Assembly (NCBI GenBank): GCA_965225945.1 | Contig: CBDDBZ010000038.1 | Location: forward strand, 320,001-384,000 | Length of the DNA: 64,000 nt | Reading direction: 5' to 3' | Source: Alphaproteobacteria bacterium | Lineage (GTDB): Bacteria > Pseudomonadota > Alphaproteobacteria > GCA-2731375 | Part shown: positions 1 to 10,783 of the stretch, piece after piece | Layout: every line of letters begins with the position of its first letter | How positions within the stretch are numbered: position 1 is the first letter of the stretch | Notes under the pieces: generated by a model | What the model was told of the DNA's origin: nothing | The model's input: only the letters and a program-made list of their open reading frames with translations | The model's database searches: none | Translations under genes and position numbers: made by a program

Positions 1-321
1 CGCCCGCCGATCGTGTTGCGCGGTATTGGCGCGCTCGACGGGGAAGAGCGCCCGTCAAAACGCTGACGTTCCCGCTGGGATCGTGGAGGACAGTTTACTA
101 TTTTCGGCGTCCCGCCTATGCCTGACGTTGGCGCGTTGCCCAAGACGCCAGAAGCCAGGAACCGCCCTTCATCTCATGGTGGAGAGGTCGCCCTGGACCC
201 GGGCAAAAGCGGTCACCATGAAATGAAGGACGGAACACGGTCGGAAGAGTAAAGCCACCTTTGTGTTTTTTGCTCCAGAGCCGTCGCGCGCGCCAGCGCC
301 CGGCGGGACACCGACGCCCCC

Positions 322-1449
322 TCAAGGCCGCTCGATCACCATCTCGTAGAGCCGGCCCTGGTAGCGCACCCAGAACCGCTCGATGTCCGTCGCCAGCAGC
401 GCGTTCAGCTTGCGAGAGTTCTGGTAGTCGTGGTGGATGAGGTAGCGGCCGCTCCGCTTGTCGACCGCCGTGCCGGGTGACGCGATCGCCCGCTCGATGT
501 CGGGGAAGACGCCGCTTTGCATCTCGCCCGGCGGGATCTCGATGACCGGCCCGCCGCGCGCGGCGCCGGCGACGAGCCGCGCGGTCAGCGTCGGTGTCTT
601 GGGGTAGTAGCCGAGGCGCTGCATCTCGCGGCCGGTAGAGAGCAGGGCCTCGCCCTCGCGCATCCCCTGGCGGCGAAAACGGTCGACCAGGCGCCCATGG
701 GTGCCCCGCATCTCGCGCAGCCGATTGACCTCAGGGGCGTGAGAATGCTCCTCGATCCAGCGTTTCGCCACGCCGTCGGGATAGCTCGACTGGTGATCGC
801 CGCCCGCCAGGAGGACTCGGACCTCGCCCGTGCCATGGTCCACCAGCAGAATCGCGCTCGGGTAATAATCCGGGCCGGGGGGCGCCATCAGCTCGACCTC
901 GCCCGCGACCGCGTCCTCCAGATAGCCGCCGATCGGCACGTGCTCGCGCGACCACTCGGACCGCTCCTCCAGCCGCCCGGTCTGGTTGTTCCAGCGGGCG
1001 AGGACGCCGTAAATCTCACTGCGTGGCCGGGTCGGGATCGACACCCGGATCGCGTATTCCAGCGCGCCGTTCTCGGCGTGGCGCAGGCGGACCGACGGCA
1101 GGGTGTAGAGCCGCCCGCGATAGGTCCGGAGCCAGCGGCCCTCGAGAGGCGAGGGCGGCCATTCGCGCAAGCTCTCGATGCGGCCCGTCGCCGGATCCAG
1201 CCGGCGCAGCCGAAAGCGGTCGCTTAAAGTCCAGGCGTGCGCCGGCGGGCTGAAGAACTCGTAACCGAGACCCCAGGAGAAGCCGGTGGTCTCGCGCTCG
1301 ATATAGAGCACCTTCAGGCCGTCGGAATCGAAGATCGGCGCATGATAGCCGAGCCGGGTGTCGAGGCCGGCGCGCATCACCACGGCCAAGAGGCCGAGCC
1401 CGAGTACCGCGGCCCCGCCGACGATCCAGAACCAGTGTTTTCTTGCCAT
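322..1449 (-). CDS. hypothetical protein with N-terminal membrane anchor
   Basis: Long ORF with high-GC codon usage; likely start MARKHWFWIVGG followed by a hydrophobic helix; family not recognised. Confidence 0.7.
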   Translation of the reverse strand: MARKHWFWIVGGAAVLGLGLLAVVMRAGLDTRLGYHAPIFDSDGLKVLYIERETTGFSWGLGYEFFSPPAHAWTLSDRFRLRRLDPATGRIESLREWPPSPLEGRWLRTYRGRLYTLPSVRLRHAENGALEYAIRVSIPTRPRSEIYGVLARWNNQTGRLEERSEWSREHVPIGGYLEDAVAGEVELMAPPGPDYYPSAILLVDHGTGEVRVLLAGGDHQSSYPDGVAKRWIEEHSHAPEVNRLREMRGTHGRLVDRFRRQGMREGEALLSTGREMQRLGYYPKTPTLTARLVAGAARGGPVIEIPPGEMQSGVFPDIERAIASPGTAVDKRSGRYLIHHDYQNSRKLNALLATDIERFWVRYQGRLYEMVIERP

Positions 1450-1652
1450 GCGGCCTTGCCCTCCAGGGCGACAGGATATCCCCATGACGTGGCGTTCGGC
1501 CCGCGCGCGTGCAAGTATCGCCGCCGCACCCCGGCCCGGGCGGTCGTTGCGTCTCGGAGGCACTCGACATGAACGGGATTGGTTCCGCGACGGAGACTCG
1601 GCGCCACGACGACGGCGCCCGAAGCGCCGTCCACGCCTGATCCCTGGCGGCG

Positions 1653-2909
1653 ATGAACGAGGCAAGCGGGGCCGACGACGAGAAGGCCGCGCCGGGCCTC
1701 GCCCGCGTCCTCGGCCTCGTCTTCCTGCCTTTCGCCTGCGGCTATTACCTCTCCTACCTCTACCGCAGCACCAACGCGGTGATCGCGCCCGATCTGGTGG
1801 CCGACATCGGCCTGTCGGCGAGCGAGCTGGGCCTGCTGACGGCCGCCTATCCCTTGGCCTTCGGGCTGTTTCAGGTCCCGCTCGGGCTGCTGCTCGATCG
1901 CTTCGGGCCGCGCCGCGTGCAGGCCGTGCTGATGCTGGTCGCGGCCTTGGGGGCGCTCGGTTTCGGCCTCGGCCGCGACCTGGCGAGCCTGACGCTGTTT
2001 CGCGCCATCATCGGCATCGGTGTCTCCGGCGGGTTGATGGCGGCCTTCAAGGCGGTGACCATGTGGTTCCCGCCGGCCCGCTGGCCGCTCGCCAACGGCT
2101 GCTTCCTGGCCACCGGCGGGCTCGGCGCCTTGAGCGCCACGGTGCCGCTCGAATTCGCGCTGAGCTTCGCCGATTGGCGCACGATCTACCTCGCCCTCGC
2201 GGGCTTCAACTTCGTCGTCGCCGGCCTGATCTTCCGGTTGGTGCCGGAACGTGCCAGCGGGGCTGAGGAGACCGGTTTCGCCGCCGCCGTCTCGGGCCTG
2301 GGGCGGATCTTCCGCGATTCCCTGTTCTGGCGTTTCGCGCCGATTTGCATCGCCACCTTCGGCGCCAGCTTCTCCTTCCAGGGGCTGTGGGCCGGGCCCT
2401 GGCTCGCCGACGTGATCGGCCTCTCCCGCGACGCGGTGGCGCTGCACCTGATGGTGACCACGGGGCTGCTGGCGCTCGGCTCGATTCTGATCGGCGTGGT
2501 CGCCGACCGGCTGGTGGCCCGCGGCATCACGCTGGCTGCCATCGTCGCCTGGGGGGCGCTGCTGTTCATCCTGACGCAGGTGCCGCTGGCGCTCGACTGG
2601 CGGGCGGCGGCGCTCGTCCCCGTCGCCGGGATCGGCCTGCTCTCCAACATCGGCACGCTCTGCTATGCCCGGCTCAGCCAGCACTTCGGCGGCGCGGCGA
2701 GCGGGCGCGCCAACACCGGGCTCAACGTCCTGGTCTTCACCGGCGCCTTCGCCATCCAATACCTGATCGGCGCCATCCTCGACCTCTGGGGCCCGGATGC
2801 GACGGGGCGCTACCCGGCCGTCGCCTATCAGGCCGCCTTCGCCACTCTGATGGTCCCCCAGGTCCTCGCCTGGTTCTGGCTGCTGCGTCGCGGCCGGCCG
2901 GCGCGCTGA
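1653..2909 (+). CDS. MFS transporter
   Basis: About 12 hydrophobic segments; motif A GLLLDRFGPRR. Confidence 0.92.
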   Translation: MNEASGADDEKAAPGLARVLGLVFLPFACGYYLSYLYRSTNAVIAPDLVADIGLSASELGLLTAAYPLAFGLFQVPLGLLLDRFGPRRVQAVLMLVAALGALGFGLGRDLASLTLFRAIIGIGVSGGLMAAFKAVTMWFPPARWPLANGCFLATGGLGALSATVPLEFALSFADWRTIYLALAGFNFVVAGLIFRLVPERASGAEETGFAAAVSGLGRIFRDSLFWRFAPICIATFGASFSFQGLWAGPWLADVIGLSRDAVALHLMVTTGLLALGSILIGVVADRLVARGITLAAIVAWGALLFILTQVPLALDWRAAALVPVAGIGLLSNIGTLCYARLSQHFGGAASGRANTGLNVLVFTGAFAIQYLIGAILDLWGPDATGRYPAVAYQAAFATLMVPQVLAWFWLLRRGRPAR

Positions 2910-3031
2910 GGCCATGCCCGAGCGGGTTGCACCACCCGCGCCGAGCCGAGGACCGCGTTTTCGCGTGCTTGGCCGGCGGCGATCGGTCAAGATGGCGCCG
3001 AATTCCCGCCACCAGCCCGGATCCCGCCGTC

Positions 3032-3757
3032 ATGTCAGCCGAAATCGTCGCCGAACTCGCCCCGGGCGGTACCTTGCGTGCCGCCATCAACACTGCCAAC
3101 TTCCTGCTCGTCACCGCCAAGAGCGACAGCGGCGATCCGCAGGGCGTGGCGCCGGATCTCGCGGGCGAGATCGCCAAGCGCTTGGGCGTCCCCCTCGCCC
3201 TCGTTCCCTTCGCGACACCGGGCGAGCTGGCGGACGCGGCGGGAAGCGACGTCTGGGACATCGGCCTGATCGGGGCCGAGCCGGCCCGGGCCGAGATCAT
3301 CGCCTTCACCGCCGCCTATGTGGAGATCGAGGCGACCTACCTGGTGCCCGCCGGCTCCCCCCTCGACTCGATCGCGGCGGTCGACGCGCCCGGCGTCAGG
3401 ATCGCGGTAACGGATCGCAGCGCCTATGGCCTCTGGCTCGACCGCAACATCCGGCATGCCGAGCTGGTGCGCACCAAGGGCCTGGATTCGGCTTACGAGA
3501 CGTTCGTCGCCGAGGGGCTGGAGGCGCTGGCCGGCCTGCGCCCCCGCCTGCTCACCGATATCCAGAAGCTCCCCGGCGCCCGCATCCTCGACGGCCAGTT
3601 CGCCGCCGTGCAGCAAGCGGTCGGCACGCCCAAGGCCAACCGGGCGAGCGCCGCCTTTCTGGCGCAATTCGTCGAGGAGGCGAAGGCGAGCGGCCTGATT
3701 GCCAGCCTGATCGAGCGTCACTCGGTCATAGGACTCTCGGTGGCGCCCCCGGCGTGA
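3032..3757 (+). CDS. amino-acid-type ABC substrate-binding protein (PBP2 family)
   Basis: MSAEIVAELAPGGTLRAAIN...VDAPGVRIAV pattern; ATG at 3032. Confidence 0.8.
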   Translation: MSAEIVAELAPGGTLRAAINTANFLLVTAKSDSGDPQGVAPDLAGEIAKRLGVPLALVPFATPGELADAAGSDVWDIGLIGAEPARAEIIAFTAAYVEIEATYLVPAGSPLDSIAAVDAPGVRIAVTDRSAYGLWLDRNIRHAELVRTKGLDSAYETFVAEGLEALAGLRPRLLTDIQKLPGARILDGQFAAVQQAVGTPKANRASAAFLAQFVEEAKASGLIASLIERHSVIGLSVAPPA

Positions 3758-3777
3758 GGCGGCGGTCCGATCATGCT

Positions 3778-4830
3778 CTAGTAGCCCCGCTCCCAGTCGA
3801 GGACGTTCTGGAGCGGCCGGCCGGCGAGGTAGGCGGCGAGGTTGTTCAGGAAGACCTCGACCGAGCGGTGGCGATCCGCGTCGCCGGCGGCAGAGATGTG
3901 CGGCGTCAAGACCACCCGGGGATGCGACCAGAGCTCAGGCAGCGGCAAGCCTTCGAACTCGCCGTCATAGACGTCGAGCACGGCGCCCCGGAGATGTTCG
4001 CGCTCGAGCGCCGCCAACAGCGCCGCCTCGTCGATGATCTCGCCCCGGGCGACGTTGGTGATGACGCTGCCCTCTTTCATCCGGGCGAAGCGTTCGGCGT
4101 TGAAGAGGTGCGTCGTCTCCGGCGTCCACTGACAACAGACCGCGACGAAATCGCTCTCCGCCAGATAGCGGTCGAGATTCTCGGGCCCGCCCAGCTCGGC
4201 GAACCCCGGGGCCTGCTCGCCGTTCGGGTGGCGCCGGGTTCCCACCACGCGCATGCCGAGCGCGGCGGCGATGCGGCCAAGCTCGCGGCCGATCCCGCCG
4301 GCGCCGACGACGCAGAGCGTCTTGCCGTCGATAAGCCGCGGCCGGTAGGCGCGATGGTCGAAGTCTCCGGCCGCCCGGTCGTGGGCCGCCTGGTTCAGGC
4401 CCTTGGCGAAATGCAGGATGCCGGCGATGGTGAATTCCGCCATCGCCAGCGTGTTGCCGGCGCCGCGCGAGGTGGTGACCACCACGTCGCTGCCCCAGAG
4501 GTCGCCGCGCAGCAGGTTGGAGGCGCCGGCAGGGCGCTGGTGGAACCATTCGAGCTTTGGCGCGCGCGAGCGCAGGTCGAGCGGGAAGGGCCAACCGCCG
4601 AGGATCACCTCCGCCTCTCCGAGCAGGCCGTCGCGCGCCTCCCGCGTGCCCTGCCCCATGGCCTCGGGCGCCAGATAGCGCGCGACGGTGTGGGCGGGCC
4701 AGGTTTCGCGAATCTCGCCGTCGAACCAGCCGCCCGCGTCGGTCAGCCGAATGCCGGGGCCGACGGCCTGGATCCGCGCCTTGTCCGCGGCACTCAGCCG
4801 CTGGATGCAGAGAAGGTTCAGCTCGCGCAT
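3778..4830 (-). CDS. D-2-hydroxyacid dehydrogenase family
   Basis: GAGGIG Rossmann motif, NVARG, LDV and TPHIS motifs; start MRELNLL. Confidence 0.9.
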   Translation of the reverse strand: MRELNLLCIQRLSAADKARIQAVGPGIRLTDAGGWFDGEIRETWPAHTVARYLAPEAMGQGTREARDGLLGEAEVILGGWPFPLDLRSRAPKLEWFHQRPAGASNLLRGDLWGSDVVVTTSRGAGNTLAMAEFTIAGILHFAKGLNQAAHDRAAGDFDHRAYRPRLIDGKTLCVVGAGGIGRELGRIAAALGMRVVGTRRHPNGEQAPGFAELGGPENLDRYLAESDFVAVCCQWTPETTHLFNAERFARMKEGSVITNVARGEIIDEAALLAALEREHLRGAVLDVYDGEFEGLPLPELWSHPRVVLTPHISAAGDADRHRSVEVFLNNLAAYLAGRPLQNVLDWERGY

Positions 4831-4856
4831 GGTCGATCTCCCGCTGGTTATCCCAA

Positions 4857-6617
4857 TCAGGCGATCCGGTCGCCCTTGGCCGCGGGCTGGCGGGCCCGGC
4901 TGTCGACGCCCGGCAGCATCTTCGCCGGATCGCGGGTGACGCGGACGTCGATCACGCTCGGCAGGGTTCGCTCCGCCATCCCCTCGGCCAGCGCGGCCGG
5001 GAGCTGCTCCGGCGTCTCCACCCGAATGCCGTGGCAGCCGAAGGCGCGGGCGATCTCGGCGTAGTTCAACTCTTCCAAGTCGCTCGACTGGAAGCGGCCG
5101 CCGAACAGCGCCTGTTGCAACGCCTTGACGTAGCCGGAAGCGGCGTTGTTGACCACGACCAGGGTGAAGGCGGTGCCGAGACGGCGCGCCGTCTCCAGCT
5201 CGCCGATGGTCATGTTGAGGCCGCCGTCGCCGGTGATCGAGACCACCGGGCGATCCGGCGCCGCGAGCTGCGCGCCCATCGCGCCGGGCAGGCCATAGCC
5301 GATCGAGGCGAGCCCCCGGTTGGCGATATAGCCGCGTCCGGCCTGCTTGGTGTCGTAGAGCAGCCCGGTCCAGTGCGCGGCGAAGCCGCCGTCGGCGACC
5401 AGGATCGCCTCGGCCGGCAGCGCCTGGTTCAGCTCGTGACAGAGCCTGGCCATGTTGACCGGCGTCTCGTCGGAAGTGAGCCGTGGCGTCACCTCGGCGA
5501 TCCAGGCCTCGCGCATGCGGGCGATGTCGGCGGCGAGCGCCGAGCGCTCGCCGGATTGCTGGTCGACGTCGTCCAGCATCGCGTCCATCAGATCGTCGAT
5601 CCCGGCTTCCGCGTCGCTCCAGAGCGCGATGTCGGCGGGCACCGAGCGGCCGATCTCCTCCGCCAGGATCTCCAGATGGATCATCGGAATTCCCCGGGGC
5701 GGCAGGACGTAGCGCTTGGTGGCGATCTCGCCGAGCTTGCAACCGACGACGAGGATGGCGTCGCTCGCCTCCATCACGTCGTTGGCGAAGCGGGAATAGC
5801 GGCCGAAGAGGCCGAGCGACAGCGGATGCGTGCAGGGGATCGAACCCTTGCCGCTGAGGGTATGGGCGACGGGGATGGTGTGCTGCTCGGCGAAGGCGGT
5901 CAGCGTCGCCTGGGCACCGCTCAAATGCACGCCGCCGCCGGCCAGGATGATCGGCCGCTTGGCCCGGGCCAGCACTTCGGCGGCGCGCGCCAGCTCGGTC
6001 TTGTCGGGGCGGATGCGGTGGGCCGGAATCGCGATCGCCGAGAGGTCCGGGGCGAGTTCGGCCTCGGAGAATTCGTGGGCACCGTGGCAGACGTCCTCGG
6101 GCACGTCGAGCAGCACCGGGCCCGGGCGGCCGGAGGTGGCGACCTGATAGGCGCGGCGCACCAGTTCCGGCAGGCGGCGGATGTCCTCGACCCGGATCAC
6201 CTGCTTCACCGCGGGCGCCAGAATGTCGAGCTGGCGGGCCTCCTGGGTCATGTTCTTGCCCGAGTGGAGGCGGTTGGTGTCGCCCGCGAGCGCCACGATC
6301 GGCACGCCGGCGTTGAGCGATTCCACCAGGCCCGTCACCAGGTTGGTGACCCCCGGCCCGAGCGTGCCGTCGCAGATCCCGGGCCGCCCGGCGATGCGGG
6401 CCCAGGCGTCGGCCGCGAAGGCGCCGGCCCTCTCGTCGTTGATCAGCGTGTGGGTCAGGCCGGCGTCGCGGATCGAATCGTAGAACGGCAGCAACTGAAA
6501 GCCGCCCATGCCGAATCCCGGCGCCGCGTCGTGCGCCTTCAGCATGCGGGCCAGGACCTGGCCCCCGGTCATCTCGCGGGGCGGATCGTTCGGGCGATCG
6601 GGGCTGTCGTCTGACAT
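4857..6617 (-). CDS. thiamine-diphosphate-dependent enzyme (acetolactate synthase-like family)
   Basis: TLGPGVTN, GRPGPV and GDGG...NN ThDP-binding motifs. Confidence 0.92.
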   Translation of the reverse strand: MSDDSPDRPNDPPREMTGGQVLARMLKAHDAAPGFGMGGFQLLPFYDSIRDAGLTHTLINDERAGAFAADAWARIAGRPGICDGTLGPGVTNLVTGLVESLNAGVPIVALAGDTNRLHSGKNMTQEARQLDILAPAVKQVIRVEDIRRLPELVRRAYQVATSGRPGPVLLDVPEDVCHGAHEFSEAELAPDLSAIAIPAHRIRPDKTELARAAEVLARAKRPIILAGGGVHLSGAQATLTAFAEQHTIPVAHTLSGKGSIPCTHPLSLGLFGRYSRFANDVMEASDAILVVGCKLGEIATKRYVLPPRGIPMIHLEILAEEIGRSVPADIALWSDAEAGIDDLMDAMLDDVDQQSGERSALAADIARMREAWIAEVTPRLTSDETPVNMARLCHELNQALPAEAILVADGGFAAHWTGLLYDTKQAGRGYIANRGLASIGYGLPGAMGAQLAAPDRPVVSITGDGGLNMTIGELETARRLGTAFTLVVVNNAASGYVKALQQALFGGRFQSSDLEELNYAEIARAFGCHGIRVETPEQLPAALAEGMAERTLPSVIDVRVTRDPAKMLPGVDSRARQPAAKGDRIA

Positions 6618-6644
6618 GGGCACTCGCTTCGTGCTTGAGTTGCT

Positions 6645-7472
6645 TTAGCCGTGATGGCGGCGGATGGCGGCGGCGAAGGCCGGCAGGTCCATGGCGAGCA
6701 CGACCCCGGCGGCCTTCGCGACCTGGTTCATGCGGCTGACCCGGCCGCTCGCCCAGTGCGAGCGCGCGTCGCCGATGCGAGCGGTCCGGTGGTCCACGGT
6801 GACGCCGGCGATGCCGCGATCATCGAGCACAGGCAGCCGGCCGATACCGGCCTCGTCGATGCCGATGCCGGCGTCGTTGAAGGCGGCGGCGACCACGTCA
6901 TGGCGGATGGCGCCGGCCGGATCGCCCCCCATGAGGCCGCCGTGGGAACCGGCGACGATGATGTCGGGCGCGTCTTCCGGGCGCACAAGGGAAGTGGAAT
7001 CGATTCCCCAGACCCGGGGGCCGGTTTCGGCGTCGTCGAGCAAGAAGCGGGCCTCCTCGTAGAGGGGCGCATCGCCGCTGGGCGCGGGGGCGTCGCACAT
7101 CCGTTCCGCCGCCGCTTGCGCCGCCATGGCGGTCTCGACGCCGGCGGCGGCGGCGGCCTCGTTCAGATGGCTGATCCGACCGCGCGCCGCGATGTCCACG
7201 CCGTCGCCGATGCGGGCGCTCAGATGGCTCACCGTGGCCGCCGCCAGGCCCAGCCGATCGAGGTAGGGAAGCGCGCCGATCCCCGCTTCCTCCATGCCGA
7301 CGCCGGCATCGCTCAGGATCACGGCCCGAACGCCGGCGGCGGCGGCGAGGTAGCCGGCATAGACGCCGCCGTGGCTACCGCCGATCAACACGTTGCCGCG
7401 ATGCGCCGCCCCGAGTTTGGTGACGGAGTCCGCGATCAGCACTCGAGGCGCCTCGCCGTTGCCATGCGTCAT
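6645..7472 (-). CDS. conserved hypothetical protein with an internally duplicated domain
   Basis: Two halves, each DS..GSHGG..DAG.G..GI..L..L...G.A..TV....ARIGD. Confidence 0.75.
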   Translation of the reverse strand: MTHGNGEAPRVLIADSVTKLGAAHRGNVLIGGSHGGVYAGYLAAAAGVRAVILSDAGVGMEEAGIGALPYLDRLGLAAATVSHLSARIGDGVDIAARGRISHLNEAAAAAGVETAMAAQAAAERMCDAPAPSGDAPLYEEARFLLDDAETGPRVWGIDSTSLVRPEDAPDIIVAGSHGGLMGGDPAGAIRHDVVAAAFNDAGIGIDEAGIGRLPVLDDRGIAGVTVDHRTARIGDARSHWASGRVSRMNQVAKAAGVVLAMDLPAFAAAIRRHHG

Positions 7473-7706
7473 GGTGAAATCGTGCTTTCCCGCCGATGGT
7501 CGAGGGCACTTCTACCCGTCGGTAAAACCTTATACAAGGGAGCGAACCCAGCTCGCGAGCGGGTCGGAGGGACGTTGCTTGGCACCTGCGCGTTACAACC
7601 TCGACGTTGACCGTCGGCTCGGCCATTACCGCGCCGTGGCACGATTCCGCTCGGGAGGTGGTGGCGGAGTCAACGTGAGCTGAAGACGGCGGGAAACGGG
7701 GGCGCG

Positions 7707-8474
7707 GTGCTGCTGACCGGCGCCTCGGAGGGGATCGGCCGGGCCCTCGCGCACGTCTTCGCGGCCCGGCGCCACGACCTGGTGCTGAGCGCACGCAACG
7801 GCAAGCGGCTGGAAACCCTGGCGGCGGAGCTCGAAAGCGCCCACGGCGTCCGGACCTGGATCGTGGTCCAGGACCTGGGTCGGCGTGACGCCGCCCAGGC
7901 GCTGCACGACGGCGTCGCGAAACTCGACGTCGAGATCGAGATCCTGGTCAACAACGCCGGCTACGGCCTCCATGGCCCCTTCCTGGACCGGGAGCTCGAC
8001 GGCCTGCTCGGCATAATCGACGTCAACGTGCGCACCTTGGTGGCGCTCTCGCATCTCCATGGCGATGAAATGCGCCGGCGCGGGCGCGGGCGCATCCTGA
8101 ACGTCGCTTCCACCGTCGCCTTCCTGCCGGGGCCGACCATGGCGGTCTATTTCGCCAGCAAGACTTTCGTCTTCCGCTTCACCGAATCGCTCCGCGCCGA
8201 GCTCGCCGGCTCGGGTGTGAGCGTCACCTGCCTTTGCCCCGGCATGACCGAGGCCAAGTTCCAGGAGCGGGCGGGAATGACCAACATCCGCCTCGCCGGG
8301 CTCACCATGGCGAGCGCGGAATCGGTGGCGGAGGCGGCTTACGAGGGGCTGATGGCCGGCCGCGCGGTGGTGCTGCCGGGCTTGCGCAACAAGCTCGCGC
8401 CCTTCGCCGAGCGCTTCATGCCGCGCTTCGTCATGCTGAAGTGTGGAACGGCGTGCAAAGTTGACCCCTGTTAA
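7707..8474 (+). CDS. SDR family oxidoreductase; C-terminus replaced by IS21 sequence (native tail at 10995-11024)
   Basis: TGASEGIG, NNAG and YFASK motifs; the reading frame resumes as IIHALMSRR* after the IS. Confidence 0.85.
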   Translation: MLLTGASEGIGRALAHVFAARRHDLVLSARNGKRLETLAAELESAHGVRTWIVVQDLGRRDAAQALHDGVAKLDVEIEILVNNAGYGLHGPFLDRELDGLLGIIDVNVRTLVALSHLHGDEMRRRGRGRILNVASTVAFLPGPTMAVYFASKTFVFRFTESLRAELAGSGVSVTCLCPGMTEAKFQERAGMTNIRLAGLTMASAESVAEAAYEGLMAGRAVVLPGLRNKLAPFAERFMPRFVMLKCGTACKVDPC

Positions 8475-8556
8475 GGGGTGATCGGCGTCCAAATTTGACC
8501 CCCTGAGCCTGGCTAGTCCAAGTCACCTCGTTTTTGGGCGGACGAGGTGGTGGGGG

Positions 8557-10068
8557 ATGTTGGTCGTGGAGACGATAGCGCGGATCCGGCGGGAGTATTT
8601 CGTCAAGGGGAAGCCGATCAAGGAGATCGTGCGGGACGTGAAGGTCTCGCGCAACACGGTGCGCAAGGTGATCTGTTCGCAGGCGACGGCGTTCACCTAC
8701 GACCGGCGGGTCCAGCCGATGCCGAAGCTGGGGCCGTGGACGGCCGAGCTGGAGCGGATGCTGGAGGCCAACGAGACCAAGTCGAAGCGGGAGCGGCTGA
8801 CGCTGCTACGGATCTCCGAAGCCCTCGAGGGTCTGGGCTATGGCGGCGGCTACGACGCGGTGCGGCGCTACGCCAAGGCGTGGCGGTGGCGCCGTTCGGC
8901 ATCGACGGCGCAGACCTATGTGCCGTTGGTGTTCTCGCCGGGCGAGGCCTATCAGTTCGACTGGAGCCACGAGTACGTGGTGCTGGCGGGGGTGACGACC
9001 AAGGTCAAGGTCGCGCACGTCCGGCTGTGCCACAGCCGAATGTTCTTCGTCCGCGCTTATCCGCGCGAGAGCCAGGAGATGGTGTTCGACGCCCACGACC
9101 GGGCATTCCGGCTGTTCCAGGGTGCCTGCCGGCGAGGCATCTACGACAACATGAAGACGGCGGTGCAGACCGTCCTCATCGGCAAGGAGCGCGCGTTCAA
9201 CCGGCGCTTCGTGCAGATGTGTGGCCACTACCTGGTCGAACCGACAGCATGCACGCCGGGAGCGGGATGGGAGAAGGGGCAGGTCGAGAACCAGGTCGGG
9301 ATCATCCGCGGTCGGTTCTTCACCCCGCGGCTGCGCTTCAAGACCTACGACGAGCTCAACGCCTGGCTCTTGGACCAGTGCGTCGCCTACGCCCGGCGTC
9401 ATCCCCACCCGGTGTTCAAGGACAGGACTGTCTGGCAGGTGTTCGAGGACGAGCGTCCGTCCCTGGTCGGCTATCGCGGGCCGTTCGACGGCTTCCACGC
9501 GGTCCCGGCGTCGGTGTCGAAGACCTGCCTGGTGCGCTTCGACAGCAACAAGTACAGCGTGGCGGCGCGCGCCGTCGGCCGTCCGGTCGAGGTCCATGCC
9601 TACGCCGATCGCATCGTCATCCGCCAGGACGGCGAGATCGTCGCCGAGCATGCCCGGCGCTTCGGCCGCGACCAGACCGTCTATGACCCGTGGCACTACG
9701 TGCCCGTGCTGGCGAGGAAGCCCGGTGCGCTTCGTAACGGCGCGCCGTTCAAGGACTGGGCGCTGCCCGGCGCCCTGGGTCGCGTGCGCGTCCGGCTCGC
9801 CGGCCACGACGACGGCGACAGGCAGATGGTCGAGATCCTCACCGCCGTGCTGGCGGATGGGCTGGCGGCGGTGGAGGCCGCCTGTGCCGAGGCGCTCGCT
9901 GGCGGCGTGTGCAGCGCCGACGTCGTGCTCAACATCCTCAATCGTCGGCGCCAGCCGTCCGAGACGGCGCCGATCCCGACGCCCGCGAACCTGCGTCTTC
10001 GCTTTGAGCCGGTGGCCGATTGCACCCGCTACGACCGCTTGAGGGGGGTCGGCCATGGAGCGCCATGA
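8557..10068 (+). CDS. istA: IS21 transposase IstA
   Basis: N-terminal HTH, QFDW, YDNMK and EKGQVE DDE motifs. Confidence 0.96.
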   Translation: MLVVETIARIRREYFVKGKPIKEIVRDVKVSRNTVRKVICSQATAFTYDRRVQPMPKLGPWTAELERMLEANETKSKRERLTLLRISEALEGLGYGGGYDAVRRYAKAWRWRRSASTAQTYVPLVFSPGEAYQFDWSHEYVVLAGVTTKVKVAHVRLCHSRMFFVRAYPRESQEMVFDAHDRAFRLFQGACRRGIYDNMKTAVQTVLIGKERAFNRRFVQMCGHYLVEPTACTPGAGWEKGQVENQVGIIRGRFFTPRLRFKTYDELNAWLLDQCVAYARRHPHPVFKDRTVWQVFEDERPSLVGYRGPFDGFHAVPASVSKTCLVRFDSNKYSVAARAVGRPVEVHAYADRIVIRQDGEIVAEHARRFGRDQTVYDPWHYVPVLARKPGALRNGAPFKDWALPGALGRVRVRLAGHDDGDRQMVEILTAVLADGLAAVEAACAEALAGGVCSADVVLNILNRRRQPSETAPIPTPANLRLRFEPVADCTRYDRLRGVGHGAP

Positions 10069-10783
10069 GGTCCTGGAGATGATGGCCGCACTCAAGCTCG
10101 CCGGCATGCGCGACGCGTTCGACGAGGTGCTCGCCGACGGCCTCAAGCGCCAGCATCCGATGCAGCGAATCATCGGCGAGCTGTTGAAGGCCGAGATCGC
10201 CGACAAGCAGGCGCGATCCATCAAGTACCAGATGAGTGGCGCCAAGCTGCCGCTGGCCAAGGAGCTGGCCGACTTCGACTTCACCGACACCCCGGTCAAC
10301 GAGCCGCTGGTCCGCGAGTTGGCGGTCGGCGGCTTCCTGGCCAACCAGCGCAACGCCGTGCTGATCGGCGGCACCGGCACCGGCAAGAGCCATCTCGCCG
10401 TCGCCATCGCGCGGGCCTGCATCCGCGATGGCGCCCGGGGCCGCTTCTTCAACGTCGTCGACCTGGTCAACCGGCTCGAGGCCGAAGCCCGCGCCGGCCG
10501 CCAGGGCCGGCTCGCCGATCAGCTGGCCCGGCGCGACCTCGTCATCCTCGACGAGCTCGGCTACCTGCCCTTCGCCCAAACCGGAGGCCAGCTGCTGTTC
10601 CACCTCGTCAGCCGGCTCTACGAGCGCACCTCGATCATCGTCACCACCAACCTGACCTTCGGCGAATGGCCGTCCGTCTTCGGCGACGCCAAGATGACCA
10701 CCGCGCTCCTCGATCGTCTGACGCACCACTGCGAGATCATCGAGACCGGAAACGACTCCTGGCGCTTCAAGAATCGGTCCTAA
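10055..10783 (+). CDS. istB: IS21 ATPase IstB
   Basis: GGTGTGKS Walker A, LDELGY and LLDRLTHH motifs. Confidence 0.96.
   Translation: MERHEVLEMMAALKLAGMRDAFDEVLADGLKRQHPMQRIIGELLKAEIADKQARSIKYQMSGAKLPLAKELADFDFTDTPVNEPLVRELAVGGFLANQRNAVLIGGTGTGKSHLAVAIARACIRDGARGRFFNVVDLVNRLEAEARAGRQGRLADQLARRDLVILDELGYLPFAQTGGQLLFHLVSRLYERTSIIVTTNLTFGEWPSVFGDAKMTTALLDRLTHHCEIIETGNDSWRFKNRS

Noticed and set aside
2914-6614. Very long alternative-frame ORFs (716 aa, 685 aa; similar ones occur throughout)
   Set aside because: Shadow ORFs from stop-codon scarcity at high GC, overlapping well-supported genes
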